A DNA stretch of 47,808 nt from a virus (lineage: Duplodnaviria; Caudoviricetes), in IMG/VR virus record IMGVR_UViG_3300017913_002479, positions 1 through 47,808 of that record; one strand, 5' to 3'. Numbering within the stretch: position 1 is the first letter of the stretch; every line of letters begins with the position of its first letter. The position numbers were made by a program, and so were the translations under genes. The notes beneath the pieces are model-generated. The model saw only the letters and a list, made by a program, of their open reading frames with translations, made no database searches and was not told the DNA's origin. Of this stretch, positions 8,307 through 18,067 are shown piece by piece.

Positions 8307-8720
8307 CTATAGTTCGCCTTTTTTTCGCATTTCTGCACGAATTTTTGTTGCACTAATATCATGTATGTCTCTGCCTAAATCGTGTTGTGTGAACGTGTAT
8401 CCAACACCGCGACCATATGCAATGTCCACAATATTGGGTACTAGTAAAATTTCGTATTCATGATGCAGTGTATAGCCTTCATCGCTGAGACCTTCAGCAA
8501 TGTTTTGTTTCACTGTTTCAAAGTCAAAAGGATTATCATCCTGTACTGCTGTACGACCTGCGCCAGCATCTTCGCCGATAATGCCTCCGACATCACGCAC
8601 CATAATACAAACCTGCCCGTGTTCTTCTAATGCACGTTTGAATAATGCTGTGTGTCCTGCATGCCAAGGCTGCCAACGGCCTAGCATTTGTGCTGTAGGT
8701 TTTTTCCAATCAAAGGCCAT
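8307..8720 (-). CDS. HxGH (cytidylyltransferase/NMNAT-like) nucleotidyltransferase
   Basis: GRWQPWHAGH, DNPF, ISATKIR motifs; start moved to MAFDW, overlapping the kinase stop. Confidence 0.85.
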   Translation of the reverse strand: MAFDWKKPTAQMLGRWQPWHAGHTALFKRALEEHGQVCIMVRDVGGIIGEDAGAGRTAVQDDNPFDFETVKQNIAEGLSDEGYTLHHEYEILLVPNIVDIAYGRGVGYTFTQHDLGRDIHDISATKIRAEMRKKGEL

Positions 8721-9135
8721 TTTTTTCCATCCATCTTTGTAACACTGGTAGCAACACTTCATGTGTGTCTTCGAACCATTCTTTTACATGGTAGTGTACA
8801 ATATCAGGCGTTTCAAACATACGATTGGTATCTTCGTATCTGCCTTCTTCAATTGTATCCATCCATACTATAAAGTCTGGATCAAACTGTTCTCTTAGTT
8901 CATTTGTAGGACATACAAAATCAGTAACTGCGACTTTGCCTGCTCGAACTACACCATCGCTCAAATGACGCATGCGCTGTGCCTGTCTTGTGCGTCCTTC
9001 TGGTGTAAAGTCCCAATCGTTGTAATGCTCTCTAACTTCGTCAGCATTGATGTGTACACCGCCAATCAGTTGTGCCAATGGCCGTGCCAATGTAGTTTTT
9101 CCGCTACCCGGTAATCCGAAGATTAGTATTTTCAT
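8710..9135 (-). CDS. cysC: Adenylylsulfate (APS) kinase-like P-loop kinase
   Basis: GLPGSGKTT, NADEVR, DFTPEGR, DFVCP, FETP motifs. Confidence 0.75.
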   Translation of the reverse strand: MKILIFGLPGSGKTTLARPLAQLIGGVHINADEVREHYNDWDFTPEGRTRQAQRMRHLSDGVVRAGKVAVTDFVCPTNELREQFDPDFIVWMDTIEEGRYEDTNRMFETPDIVHYHVKEWFEDTHEVLLPVLQRWMEKNGL

Positions 9136-9431
9136 CAGTCAATCTCTGGAAATAATTCCGCAATATACGTCTTTAGATCTTCCACACAGCTATTCTTATA
9201 GTTGTCAGCCACTAGTTCATACGGCTGTTCAGTACCGTGTTGACGCAGTGTTTCTTTTGCTAAAAGGAAGAGTTGACGTTTGTTTAGTGTCCTGATCTTT
9301 GTTGCAGGACTATCATTGTATAGTATATCTGGATGTGCCAATGCGTAGTATGTAATACTGTTGGTATCTACTGCTACTTCTACTTTTGCCATAATTCGCC
9401 GTTTGCCATCATCGCATAATGCGCTTCTCAT
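9135..9431 (-). CDS. Hypothetical protein
   Basis: 98 aa; GAGG SD; coupled to the kinase gene. Confidence 0.7.
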   Translation of the reverse strand: MRSALCDDGKRRIMAKVEVAVDTNSITYYALAHPDILYNDSPATKIRTLNKRQLFLLAKETLRQHGTEQPYELVADNYKNSCVEDLKTYIAELFPEID

Positions 9432-9492
9432 TGTGTTTTACCTCTGCCATAATTGTTTGCCTATGTTGTTCTTTTCTAACATCATACTTTAT

Positions 9493-9521
9493 ACATTACT
9501 ACAAGTAAGATGCTTTGTCAA
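9493..9521 (-). promoter_or_regulatory. Sigma70-type promoter
   Basis: TTGACA-N17-TAATGT with an A-rich upstream tract. Confidence 0.5.
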
Positions 9522-9570
9522 GAACTTTTGCCAAGATTTTTTGCCAAAATGTCTTAGTATATGTACTTAT

Positions 9571-11316
9571 CTAAAGTTGACTGATTTTACTTTGAAAATC
9601 TGCAAAATCAGTTGCATCAGCAGCAATCTCTTTGAGTTTTGCTTTGCTAATAAAATTGTCTGCTTCTTCAGGATCACTGCTGGTTGTAGAAGCTGTGTTG
9701 CCACTGCTGGTGCTTCTGTCTGTGTCAGTCAATAACTCACCTGGAAAGTTTGTTGCTGTAGGCGAACGACCTGTACTTGTGGTTTCGCTTTCTTGTTCTA
9801 CAACTGTTTTGTATCCAATGATGTTGTCACAGTAGTCGTATATTGGAACCTGTGTTTGTGTACCCACTTGACTATCATTGTTGTTTATCTGTTTCAATAT
9901 ATTCAAAAGATCATCATTGAGCAACAATTCAAACACATTGTCATAAACTGTACCATCTTGTGCAATCACAGGATACCCTGCCAACTGATCGTAACTGGTA
10001 CGAATACCATTTGCAATTCTTGCATTGCCACCAACACCCGAACTGAAAGGATTGTGTCCTACGCCCAATGCTGTGTTACAAGTATCTTCGCTAAACTGAC
10101 TACCGCCTAAACTATAACCATCGCCTACCGCAGCATTGATTTCAGTTTCTCTTTTCATCAAGTTGGTAAAGTCTGTAGCAATGTTGTTCAACGAGCTTGC
10201 AAATGCATTCAATGTGCCTGACGCCAAGCTGCCACTAGCCAGGTCATTGAAGTTTTCGCTGATTTGTCCTAGTACACCGCCATTGAACACTGTGGTATTG
10301 AATCCATTGGTACCAACACAAGCACACACATTTTCTGGTGCAATACTGCCCAGATTGTTGATCAATTCTTCGCCTGTGCCCAAATAACTTTCCATAACAT
10401 TTTCCAACATGTTTGGAATCGCTTTTGGTTGAATTGGATTGCCACAGAAGTTGATCATGTTGGCAACTGTTGCTGCTTCGCCAATCACTGTGTTCAATCT
10501 GTGCAGAACATTTTCAATGTTTGTGTGATCAATGAACTCTTCCATTCTTGATTCAATGTTTTGTAATGCTGTTCTTAGATTACCAGTAACTGCATCCAAC
10601 TTGAGCAATTCTTGAATGTTTATATACAAACACATCTGTATATTGGGCAGTTTGAGTCCTTTGCCAGCCATTACAGCACACAGTATTTCTCGCACTGTGT
10701 AGCTCATTTCTGCACGTACGATACTGCGTCCGCTGTCTGTTTCTTGCGATACAACTTCACTTCTTACATGATGTCGTGTATCCAAATAGTCATTGAAAGC
10801 CGACATGCTGCTGAAGTCGGTGAAAGTCACTCCGCCGCCTGCAACATATGCTGCTCCGCTGTCTGTTTGTTCTACATAGCCACCGTCATAGTCTTCATCA
10901 TAAAAACTGCTGCGGTCTGGCCCAAAATGCTCTGAAATAACACCAATAAGACCAGTGCTGCTAAGATTGTTTTTTGCTGTATCGTTTTGTGTACCACCGT
11001 TGATTTTTACAGCAACATCGTCTCCAATTACTGTAGCATCTGGCAACAGTGCACGTATTTGTGCAGCACTTTCTGTTGTAGGCACATCGCCTGAAAACAA
11101 TCCTCGTACAATACGAGCATCAGCTGCCACTGCTGCATTGACCACAGCCGTGCTTTGCACACTGTGTGTTTCACTGTTAGGCGGCACTACAACAATTTCA
11201 GTGTAGCCTCTGCTTTTCAAATCATTGATTATGGTGGTGACATTTGCGTTTAGACGATCAGCGTTTCTTTCTGCGTCATTTGTACCAATGCTGAGAATTG
11301 CACTTGTTATAGCCAT
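9571..11316 (-). CDS. Putative virion/baseplate-associated protein with degenerate SGNH-like N-terminus
   Basis: 581 aa directly downstream of PAAR; N-terminal SIGTND; Cys-containing helical core. Confidence 0.6.
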   Translation of the reverse strand: MAITSAILSIGTNDAERNADRLNANVTTIINDLKSRGYTEIVVVPPNSETHSVQSTAVVNAAVAADARIVRGLFSGDVPTTESAAQIRALLPDATVIGDDVAVKINGGTQNDTAKNNLSSTGLIGVISEHFGPDRSSFYDEDYDGGYVEQTDSGAAYVAGGGVTFTDFSSMSAFNDYLDTRHHVRSEVVSQETDSGRSIVRAEMSYTVREILCAVMAGKGLKLPNIQMCLYINIQELLKLDAVTGNLRTALQNIESRMEEFIDHTNIENVLHRLNTVIGEAATVANMINFCGNPIQPKAIPNMLENVMESYLGTGEELINNLGSIAPENVCACVGTNGFNTTVFNGGVLGQISENFNDLASGSLASGTLNAFASSLNNIATDFTNLMKRETEINAAVGDGYSLGGSQFSEDTCNTALGVGHNPFSSGVGGNARIANGIRTSYDQLAGYPVIAQDGTVYDNVFELLLNDDLLNILKQINNNDSQVGTQTQVPIYDYCDNIIGYKTVVEQESETTSTGRSPTATNFPGELLTDTDRSTSSGNTASTTSSDPEEADNFISKAKLKEIAADATDFADFQSKISQL

Positions 11317-11317
11317 A

Positions 11318-11611
11318 TCAGTCTCCTATGTACACACTTCTAGCAGATCCAGTTGTGTCAGGATTGCAGTGTGTTGGAGGATTTGGCCAACCACACAAGT
11401 TGTCTGGTTTGGCACTGTCTTGTACTCTAGCTGCGGGTCTTCCATTTATAAACACTGTGCTGGTGCTGGCATTTATACCACCACCGCCATGACTGTTTGT
11501 GTCGTCATCTCTTGCTGCACGTTCATTTTCAATCCATACATTTGAACTTCCGGTGGCTGTTCTTGCACCGCAAGTTCTACTGTCGTTTTGTCGATGAGCT
11601 AGTCGTGACAT
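11318..11611 (-). CDS. PAAR spike-tip protein (T4 gp5.4-like)
   Basis: GSSNVWIENERAAR, STVFINGRPAARVQD, SVYIGD repeats with His/Cys ligands. Confidence 0.9.
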   Translation of the reverse strand: MSRLAHRQNDSRTCGARTATGSSNVWIENERAARDDDTNSHGGGGINASTSTVFINGRPAARVQDSAKPDNLCGWPNPPTHCNPDTTGSARSVYIGD

Positions 11612-11639
11612 CTGCGTCCTTTGTGATCTTACAAGCTAT

Positions 11640-11963
11640 TTAGCTTAGTTTTAGATCACCAGGAGCAGTTTGAATACCTGTTGTATTTTGAATATATGCA
11701 TCAGCCAAACCTTTTTGTGGTCGGCTCATAGCAACAATTTGACCCGAATACACTGTTACAGGTTCTGGGTCATGTACATCAATGCTCATCAACCAAGGAA
11801 TAAGCATTGCACCGCCGTTTTGCGGATTTAGTGTGAGCACACTCGGCTTCACTAGTTTGAGTTTGTCAGTATCCTGATGTTCAAATCGTGCAACTAGTTC
11901 TTCGCCTGTGCTCAACTTTACTGTGACAATATCACCCTTTTTTGTCGGTTTGTTTAGTAACAT
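11640..11963 (-). CDS. Conserved T4-like phage hypothetical protein (small beta-barrel)
   Basis: IVTVKLSTGEELVA...PW...AYIQNTTGI pattern, often found beside glutaredoxin. Confidence 0.65.
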   Translation of the reverse strand: MLLNKPTKKGDIVTVKLSTGEELVARFEHQDTDKLKLVKPSVLTLNPQNGGAMLIPWLMSIDVHDPEPVTVYSGQIVAMSRPQKGLADAYIQNTTGIQTAPGDLKLS

Positions 11964-12214
11964 TATAGTGTGTGTCCTGTTCCTGTGTAACCTGTATCTT
12001 CGATGTATTTTATAAATGCTTCGTAGCCGCCGACCTTTTGTCCGCCGACTACAATCTGTGGAAATGTTCGTGCTTCTGGAAACTCTGTGAGAACCGCTTC
12101 TCTATCAAAGTCTCGGCCCATTTCCAAGTATTCATACTGATAGCCACGTTGTTCGCATAATGCTTTGGCTTTTGTGCATGACGGACATGCTGGCTTTCCC
12201 CAAATGTGTATCAT
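11963..12214 (-). CDS. nrdC: Glutaredoxin
   Basis: CPSC active site, TFPQI and VGGY motifs; next to nrdB. Confidence 0.9.
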   Translation of the reverse strand: MIHIWGKPACPSCTKAKALCEQRGYQYEYLEMGRDFDREAVLTEFPEARTFPQIVVGGQKVGGYEAFIKYIEDTGYTGTGHTL

Positions 12215-13350
12215 AAACTAAATCCTTTGAATGTGTCTTCTGAAACGTCTCTATCAACGCCTCCAATTACATAACTGGTAATTTCAGTTTCTTGTGGTGC
12301 AACCTGTACATCAGCACCGCTGATCCATTTTGCAGTCCATGGCAGTGGGTTTGCTTGTGGTACGCTGTAAGGAGACTTGAGCCCTACTGCTGTCATGCGT
12401 TTTGTTGCAATCCACTCTACATAATCGCTCAACAGTTGCTCATTGAGTCCGATCATGCTACCTCCGGCAAACAAGTACTTTGCCCATGCCTTTTCTTGAT
12501 CCACTGCATCTGTAAACAGTTTGATACACTGTTCTTCAGTTTCTTTTGCAATTTTTGCATAGTCTGGATCATCTTTAGGCAACAGTTTTAGCAGTGATTG
12601 TGTACTGCCCAAGTGTACATTTTCATCACGTGCAATCAGTTTGATAATTTTAGCATTGCCTTCCATCTTTTTCAATTCAGCAAATGCCCAACTGCATGCA
12701 AACGATACATAGAAACGCACACCTTCAAGAATGTTCACGCTCATCAATGTAAGCCACAACAGTTTTTTCAACTCGTATAAGTTTACGGTTACATTACGTG
12801 CTTCACGGTTGCTGGTGATTTGGTGTGTGCCTTCGCCCAGTAGATTGTACCATTGACTCAATTCAATCAGCTTATCATAGTATTCACTGATGTCATCTCC
12901 GCACTCCATGATTTCTTCAATGTCCATCATTTCGTCAAAGATTTTGCTTGGGTTGCTGTATACATTACGGATAATATGTGTGTAGCTGCGACTGTGAATT
13001 GTTTCTGAGAATGTCCATGTAACAATCCAGTTTTCCAGTTCTGGCAAACTCACAATAGGACCAAATGCTTCTACAGGTGCACGACCTTGTACACTGTCCA
13101 ACAGAATCTGTCGTTTGAGGTTACTGGTGAAAATATGCTTTTCGTGTGCAGTAAGTGATTTGAAGTCTGCTGCATCTTTGAGTACATCAACTTCTTCTGG
13201 GCGCCAAAAGAAGCCCAGTTGCTTGTCAGTTAGTTTGTCAAATTGTTTGTACTTTAGTGTGTCATAACGTTGTATATCAACGCCGCCATGTGGATCTAAA
13301 AAAGCCAATGCTTTTGTATGATCTCTGTCTTTTATTTCAAATACGCTCAT
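12211..13350 (-). CDS. nrdB: Ribonucleotide reductase class Ia beta subunit
   Basis: FFWRPEE, LDSVQ, ETIHSRSY, LEGVRFYVSF, RDENVH, APQETE motifs. Confidence 0.97.
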   Translation of the reverse strand: MSVFEIKDRDHTKALAFLDPHGGVDIQRYDTLKYKQFDKLTDKQLGFFWRPEEVDVLKDAADFKSLTAHEKHIFTSNLKRQILLDSVQGRAPVEAFGPIVSLPELENWIVTWTFSETIHSRSYTHIIRNVYSNPSKIFDEMMDIEEIMECGDDISEYYDKLIELSQWYNLLGEGTHQITSNREARNVTVNLYELKKLLWLTLMSVNILEGVRFYVSFACSWAFAELKKMEGNAKIIKLIARDENVHLGSTQSLLKLLPKDDPDYAKIAKETEEQCIKLFTDAVDQEKAWAKYLFAGGSMIGLNEQLLSDYVEWIATKRMTAVGLKSPYSVPQANPLPWTAKWISGADVQVAPQETEITSYVIGGVDRDVSEDTFKGFSL

Positions 13351-13403
13351 TTCTGTCTCTCTGTTTTTTGTGGGTTCAGTATTTACGCAGACGTATACTG
13401 ACT

Positions 13404-13432
13404 AATATACAGTGTTATTGATTTTGTGTCAA
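13404..13432 (-). promoter_or_regulatory. Sigma70-type promoter for nrdB
   Basis: TTGACA-N17-TATATT; a TAAATA late motif also lies in the leader. Confidence 0.7.
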
Positions 13433-13441
13433 GTTTATTCT

Positions 13442-13873
13442 TCATGGTTCTAAACTTTCAAATTGATTTATAATGCTGTAGGCATGCTGTTGTTGTAACA
13501 GATCAGCATGCTCATGATCTATAGTATCGTTTTTGACTCTAACATTTATGAATGTTGTGCTGTGTGCTGCTCGAAACAGTTGTATCAACCATGGCATATG
13601 TGTGGTTAGCAAACTGGGCGCAGTTCTATGATTTACCACATACACCAACTTTTCATGCGGCATTGCTGCAAACTGTAACAATCGATCCCACATGCTGTGA
13701 CTTTCGTTCTCTGTGCACAGTTCGTAACCAAACACAATTCTCGATTCGAGGTTGAGTTCAGTTACTGGATTTTCTACATGACATACATTCCACAGCGTGT
13801 CGCTGTAAAACAAACAACGATCAGGTTCGTGATTTACAATAAATTCAACACGGTTGTATATCTTAGATTGCAC
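13442..13873 (-). CDS. Hypothetical protein between nrdA and nrdB
   Basis: 143-aa ORF overlapping the nrdA stop; no homing-endonuclease motif recognised. Confidence 0.6.
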   Translation of the reverse strand: MQSKIYNRVEFIVNHEPDRCLFYSDTLWNVCHVENPVTELNLESRIVFGYELCTENESHSMWDRLLQFAAMPHEKLVYVVNHRTAPSLLTTHMPWLIQLFRAAHSTTFINVRVKNDTIDHEHADLLQQQHAYSIINQFESLEP

Positions 13874-16163
13874 AACTATCGCACATTTCGTCTGACTCTG
13901 GTAGATCTTCTAGAGGCTGTTCAGCTGTACCAGCACTCAGTGCATCAACATCAATTTCTCCTGCACCATCATATGTGTTGAAATAATACAACTGCTTACC
14001 GCCGTATTTGTAAAACATTAGAAGATGTTGGATCATTGTGCTCATTGGAATCTTTTCATCTGCATAGTGCACAGGATTGTAGCTGGTGTTTACACTAATA
14101 CCTTGATCGATATACTTTTGCAACACTGCCATGATCTTTAGATAACCCTCTGGTGACTTTTGATCCCACAATAGGTCATACTTGTTGCGCAAATGATGGA
14201 ATCCAGGTACAACCTGTTTTAGTACGCCATGTTTTGATTGTTTGATACTTACAAAACTGCGTGGTGGTTCAATGCCGTTTGTAGCATTTGAAATCTGTGC
14301 ACTGGTTTCAGCTGGCATCAATGCCATCAGTGTGCTGTTGCGAATACCTGTGTCACGCAATTGTGCTCGCAAACCGTCCCAATCCATGCGCTCTTGATGA
14401 GCTACCAATTCGTCGAGATCTCGTTTGTATGTTTGGTTTGGTGTAATACCATGTCCGTACTTGGTTTCCATGTTACCAGAAATAGCACCTTGTTCTACTG
14501 CTAGATCTGCACTGGCTTTGATTAGATAGTAACTCCATGCCTCTGCATATTCATCTACAAGTTCCAAGTTGGGATTTTGATAGTTGGTGTCGTTTTTGGC
14601 TAACCAGTATGCAAAATTGATAATGCCAACTCCTAGAGGACGGCGTTTCATTGTAGAATTTTCTGCGGCTTTGACTGGATAACCTTGGTACGTAAGCAGG
14701 GCATCTAATCCTCTTACAGCAAGCTCACAAGGCTTTTCAAAGTCTGCAGGTGTCTTGATATTACCCCAGTTGATTGCGCTCAGTGTACACAGTGCAATTT
14801 CGCCGTCTGGATCATTGAAATCATTCAGTGGCTTTGTTGGTAGATTGATTTCGCAACACAGGTTACTTTGACGCACTGGTGCAACATCTGACATAAACGA
14901 TCCATGTTCGTTTGCATTGTCCACATTCATTAGATAAACACGACCTGTGTTTTTGCGTTCCTCTACAAAATTACTGAACAGTTCGAGTGCACTCACAGTC
15001 TTTTTGCGTATTGCAGGATCTGCTTCTGCTGCTTCGTACAGTTCACGGAACCGATCTTGATCTGCAAAGAATGCATCATACAGTCCAGGTACGTCACTTG
15101 GTGAAAACAGTGTGATATTACCCGACGTGATTAGTCTTTCGTACATCAACTTGTTGAATTGTACACCATAGTCCATGTGGCGCACACGATTGTCTTCTGT
15201 GCCCTTGTTGTTTTTGAGCACTAGTAGGTCTTCTACTTCCAAATGCCAAATTGGATAGTACAGTGTTGCTGCACCGTTGCGTACACCGCCTTGGCTGCAA
15301 CTGCGTGTAGCACTTTGGAACATCTTAAAGAAAGGCACTACACCAGTGTGATAAGCATCGCCCTTTCTAATAGGTGAACCCAGTGCACGAATGCTACCAG
15401 CGCCAATACCAATACCGGCCTTTTGACTCACATACTTGACGATGCTGCTAGTAGTAGCATTAATACTATCCAAACTGTCACCAGTTTCGATGAGGACACA
15501 ACTGGAGAATTGCCTCTGTGGAGTGCGTACCCCAGCCATAACAGGAGTAGGCAAACTAATATCGAACTTGCTAATTGCATTGTAATAATCCTTTACCCAG
15601 CGCATTCTTGTTTCGGTGGGATAGTTAGAGAATAGTGTCATTGCAATCAACATGTTTGCAACTTGTGGTGTTTCATAAATCATACCTGTGACACGATTCT
15701 GTACTAGATACTTACCACGATACTGCTCCATTGCAGCATAGGTTAGATTGTCATCACGCTCGTGATGAATGTGAGTTTGTACGTAGTTCCATTCTTCGTC
15801 TGTGTATTTTTCCAGTACCTCAGCATCGTAGAATCCAGCTTCAACATTGCGCTCAACCAATTGCTTCACAGGCCATGGTTCAAAATCGCCGTACACCATC
15901 TTGCGCAAATGATAATTGATCAGCCTACCAGCAACATACTGATAGTTTGGAGTATCTTCACTGATCAGATCTGCTGCTGCTTTGATAAGAGTTTCTTGAA
16001 TTTCTGTACTGGTAATGCCATCGTAAAATTGTAATTGACTGCGAATTTCAACTTCACTAGGACTAACACCAGCAATCTCGTTACATGCAAAAAATACAAC
16101 TTTGTGTAGCTTTTCAATATCGAGCGGTTCCGTAGAACCATTACGCTTGGTTACTTTAATCAT
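13863..16163 (-). CDS. nrdA: Ribonucleotide reductase class Ia alpha subunit with ATP cone
   Basis: VTKRNG ATP cone, QFSSC, SQGGVRNGA, SNLCCEI, MPAETSAQ, KQLYY, C-terminal CDSC. Confidence 0.97.
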   Translation of the reverse strand: MIKVTKRNGSTEPLDIEKLHKVVFFACNEIAGVSPSEVEIRSQLQFYDGITSTEIQETLIKAAADLISEDTPNYQYVAGRLINYHLRKMVYGDFEPWPVKQLVERNVEAGFYDAEVLEKYTDEEWNYVQTHIHHERDDNLTYAAMEQYRGKYLVQNRVTGMIYETPQVANMLIAMTLFSNYPTETRMRWVKDYYNAISKFDISLPTPVMAGVRTPQRQFSSCVLIETGDSLDSINATTSSIVKYVSQKAGIGIGAGSIRALGSPIRKGDAYHTGVVPFFKMFQSATRSCSQGGVRNGAATLYYPIWHLEVEDLLVLKNNKGTEDNRVRHMDYGVQFNKLMYERLITSGNITLFSPSDVPGLYDAFFADQDRFRELYEAAEADPAIRKKTVSALELFSNFVEERKNTGRVYLMNVDNANEHGSFMSDVAPVRQSNLCCEINLPTKPLNDFNDPDGEIALCTLSAINWGNIKTPADFEKPCELAVRGLDALLTYQGYPVKAAENSTMKRRPLGVGIINFAYWLAKNDTNYQNPNLELVDEYAEAWSYYLIKASADLAVEQGAISGNMETKYGHGITPNQTYKRDLDELVAHQERMDWDGLRAQLRDTGIRNSTLMALMPAETSAQISNATNGIEPPRSFVSIKQSKHGVLKQVVPGFHHLRNKYDLLWDQKSPEGYLKIMAVLQKYIDQGISVNTSYNPVHYADEKIPMSTMIQHLLMFYKYGGKQLYYFNTYDGAGEIDVDALSAGTAEQPLEDLPESDEMCDSCAI

Positions 16164-16220
16164 AAATCGTGTCCTTGTTGTTGGGTATAATATAAGTTAT
16201 CATCGATTTATCATCTTATA

Positions 16221-16652
16221 CTACGTACATAACTCGTTTGTATACCATTTTTTTTCTTCAACAAACTCTACTGTGCTTGCTGGTACTGGTTTGTTATATT
16301 CCAAGTTCAACACTTGTCCGTTGCAAATACAAATCAAATTTTGACTGTTTGCAGTATTACCAATGGCAATCGCACAAGGATGTCCTATGTAGTGCAAAGT
16401 GTATGCATAAAGCAGTGCTTTGCTGAATTCGCAATATTCATTGCTGTTTATAATTTCCCATATGGTTCCCCACTGGTTATGATCATATGGATCAATGGAG
16501 ATACTGCTCAACGGCAGCTTACTATAATAATTTATTACGGCATCGACAGCTTGTTCTACAGATAGTCCAGTGTTCTCTAAGCGAAATTTTCGCCAGGACG
16601 CTAGCCTATCACTACGACTGTCAAGCCAGTCTAGGCAAGGTTTTGTTTCCAA
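16221..16652 (-). CDS. Conserved hypothetical phage protein
   Basis: 143 aa; DPYD-x3-W-x2-IWE and YCEFSKAL motifs; lies in an operon. Confidence 0.65.
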   Translation of the reverse strand: METKPCLDWLDSRSDRLASWRKFRLENTGLSVEQAVDAVINYYSKLPLSSISIDPYDHNQWGTIWEIINSNEYCEFSKALLYAYTLHYIGHPCAIAIGNTANSQNLICICNGQVLNLEYNKPVPASTVEFVEEKKWYTNELCT

Positions 16653-17335
16653 AGTCTAATACTATAACTGAATTGTGCTGCTGAGTTATCGTTGTCAGTG
16701 TACTTGAGCATGAAGATATTTGTGCTGTTGTCATAGCTGCCAGCAAAGTCAACATCTACATTGTTCACACCACCAAAGTCATCCTGTAGATAATAATCAT
16801 CCACTGTGCTTCTAGTGTCAATGTTGATCTTCATAGTGCCAACACGGAAGCCAGGATCACCTGCTGCGTTTTGAACATTGCTGATACTGTAATCGATAAT
16901 TGCGCTGTTGTAAGTGGTAGCATTCCAACTGATACCAGTTTCTGCATCGCTGCTGCCAGCGGTGAGATTCAATGTATCAAATGATGCTGCTTCTTGTATA
17001 AGACCAATTTCACTGTTGTGATAAACACGCACAGTGTCACTGGCTGTAGGAGCTGTGGTAAAAGTAATAGTAGTACCTGAGATACTGAAACTACTGCTAC
17101 TGTATTCTGTAACAGCACCGTTGTTGGTTTTGGTTACACGATACTGACCCTTTTTGGTTACATCAATACCAACAGTGTAGCTGGTGCTACCATCGCCTGT
17201 GAATGAAATTGGATCGTTGCCAATAAACAGACGCTTGTCGTCTTTTGCGTAACCTAGTTCGCCTGGGTCTAGTATAGGAAGATCAGCAAAGTCTCCCTGT
17301 CTAATTAGTAATTTTGCTATTTGTGTAGTTGCCAT
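16631..17335 (-). CDS. Tail/virion protein with Mtd/hyaluronidase-type N-terminal domain
   Basis: RQG...LP-L--GELGYA-D--RLFIG N-terminus; beta-rich remainder; late motif upstream. Confidence 0.7.
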   Translation of the reverse strand: MATTQIAKLLIRQGDFADLPILDPGELGYAKDDKRLFIGNDPISFTGDGSTSYTVGIDVTKKGQYRVTKTNNGAVTEYSSSSFSISGTTITFTTAPTASDTVRVYHNSEIGLIQEAASFDTLNLTAGSSDAETGISWNATTYNSAIIDYSISNVQNAAGDPGFRVGTMKINIDTRSTVDDYYLQDDFGGVNNVDVDFAGSYDNSTNIFMLKYTDNDNSAAQFSYSIRLWKQNLA

Positions 17336-17357
17336 ATTACCACTCCTGATGTATTAT

Positions 17358-18032
17358 TTATGACGTCATTCTATGGTATTGCATGATTCGGTGTCCCCAT
17401 TGCTCTGCCCAATGGTCAAACTGTTCACCTTCTATTACAAATTCTTGATACTGAAAATCTCTGCTGCACATCATGATCACAATCTTGCGGATGTCAGTTT
17501 CAAACATATAATTGTGTGCTAAACTGTATGCTGCGCCTTGCAATTTGTAGTTGTCAATCCATTCTTCTTTTTTGGGTTTGTTGGTTTGCTTGAAGTCCAT
17601 AATAGCCGGCACACCATTATGAACTCCAACAAGGTCTGTTGTCCCTGCGTACAAATCAGGATAGTATAGATGCACTTCGCTACCCCAAACTTCGTCTACT
17701 TTGCTAAGTCCTTTTTCTATCACAACGTCTGCCATCTTTCGTCCTTGTACATGAACAAGATTGCTCTTGTGTGGCAGAGGTTCTCCTTTGGTATAGTTTT
17801 CTAAGAAGCCATGCATGCTTGTGCCGACACCCGCAGCTTCTCGTGTAATCTGCTTGGCTTTTTCTTCTCCAACACGCTTGCGCCAAGCAATCAAGTGCGT
17901 TTTGTCAGAGGTTGCATCTAAGATTGTAGTAACGCTGGGCATTCGAGAACCGTCCGGCGCTTCATACAATCGTTTCTTACCATCAATTCTATTCAAGTCT
18001 TGATAGTCGTACGGCTTTGTAAGTTTCAACAT
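17358..18032 (-). CDS. PD-(D/E)XK exonuclease (Cas4/RecB-like)
   Basis: PSVTTIL, GTSMH, E-x8-AGTTD, DFK, Q---Y motifs. Confidence 0.88.
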   Translation of the reverse strand: MLKLTKPYDYQDLNRIDGKKRLYEAPDGSRMPSVTTILDATSDKTHLIAWRKRVGEEKAKQITREAAGVGTSMHGFLENYTKGEPLPHKSNLVHVQGRKMADVVIEKGLSKVDEVWGSEVHLYYPDLYAGTTDLVGVHNGVPAIMDFKQTNKPKKEEWIDNYKLQGAAYSLAHNYMFETDIRKIVIMMCSRDFQYQEFVIEGEQFDHWAEQWGHRIMQYHRMTS

Positions 18033-18038
18033 GTATTG

Positions 18039-18067
18039 ATTATAAGAGAAAATGTGCTAGTTGTCTA
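18039..18067 (-). promoter_or_regulatory. Sigma70-type promoter; exonuclease mRNA probably leaderless
   Basis: TAGACA-N17-TATAAT, then 6 nt to the ATG. Confidence 0.7.

Noticed and set aside
16195-16218. GATGATAA direct repeat upstream of nrdA as a Fur or NrdR box
   Set aside because: Only two 8-mers in AT-rich DNA, with a poor match to either consensus.
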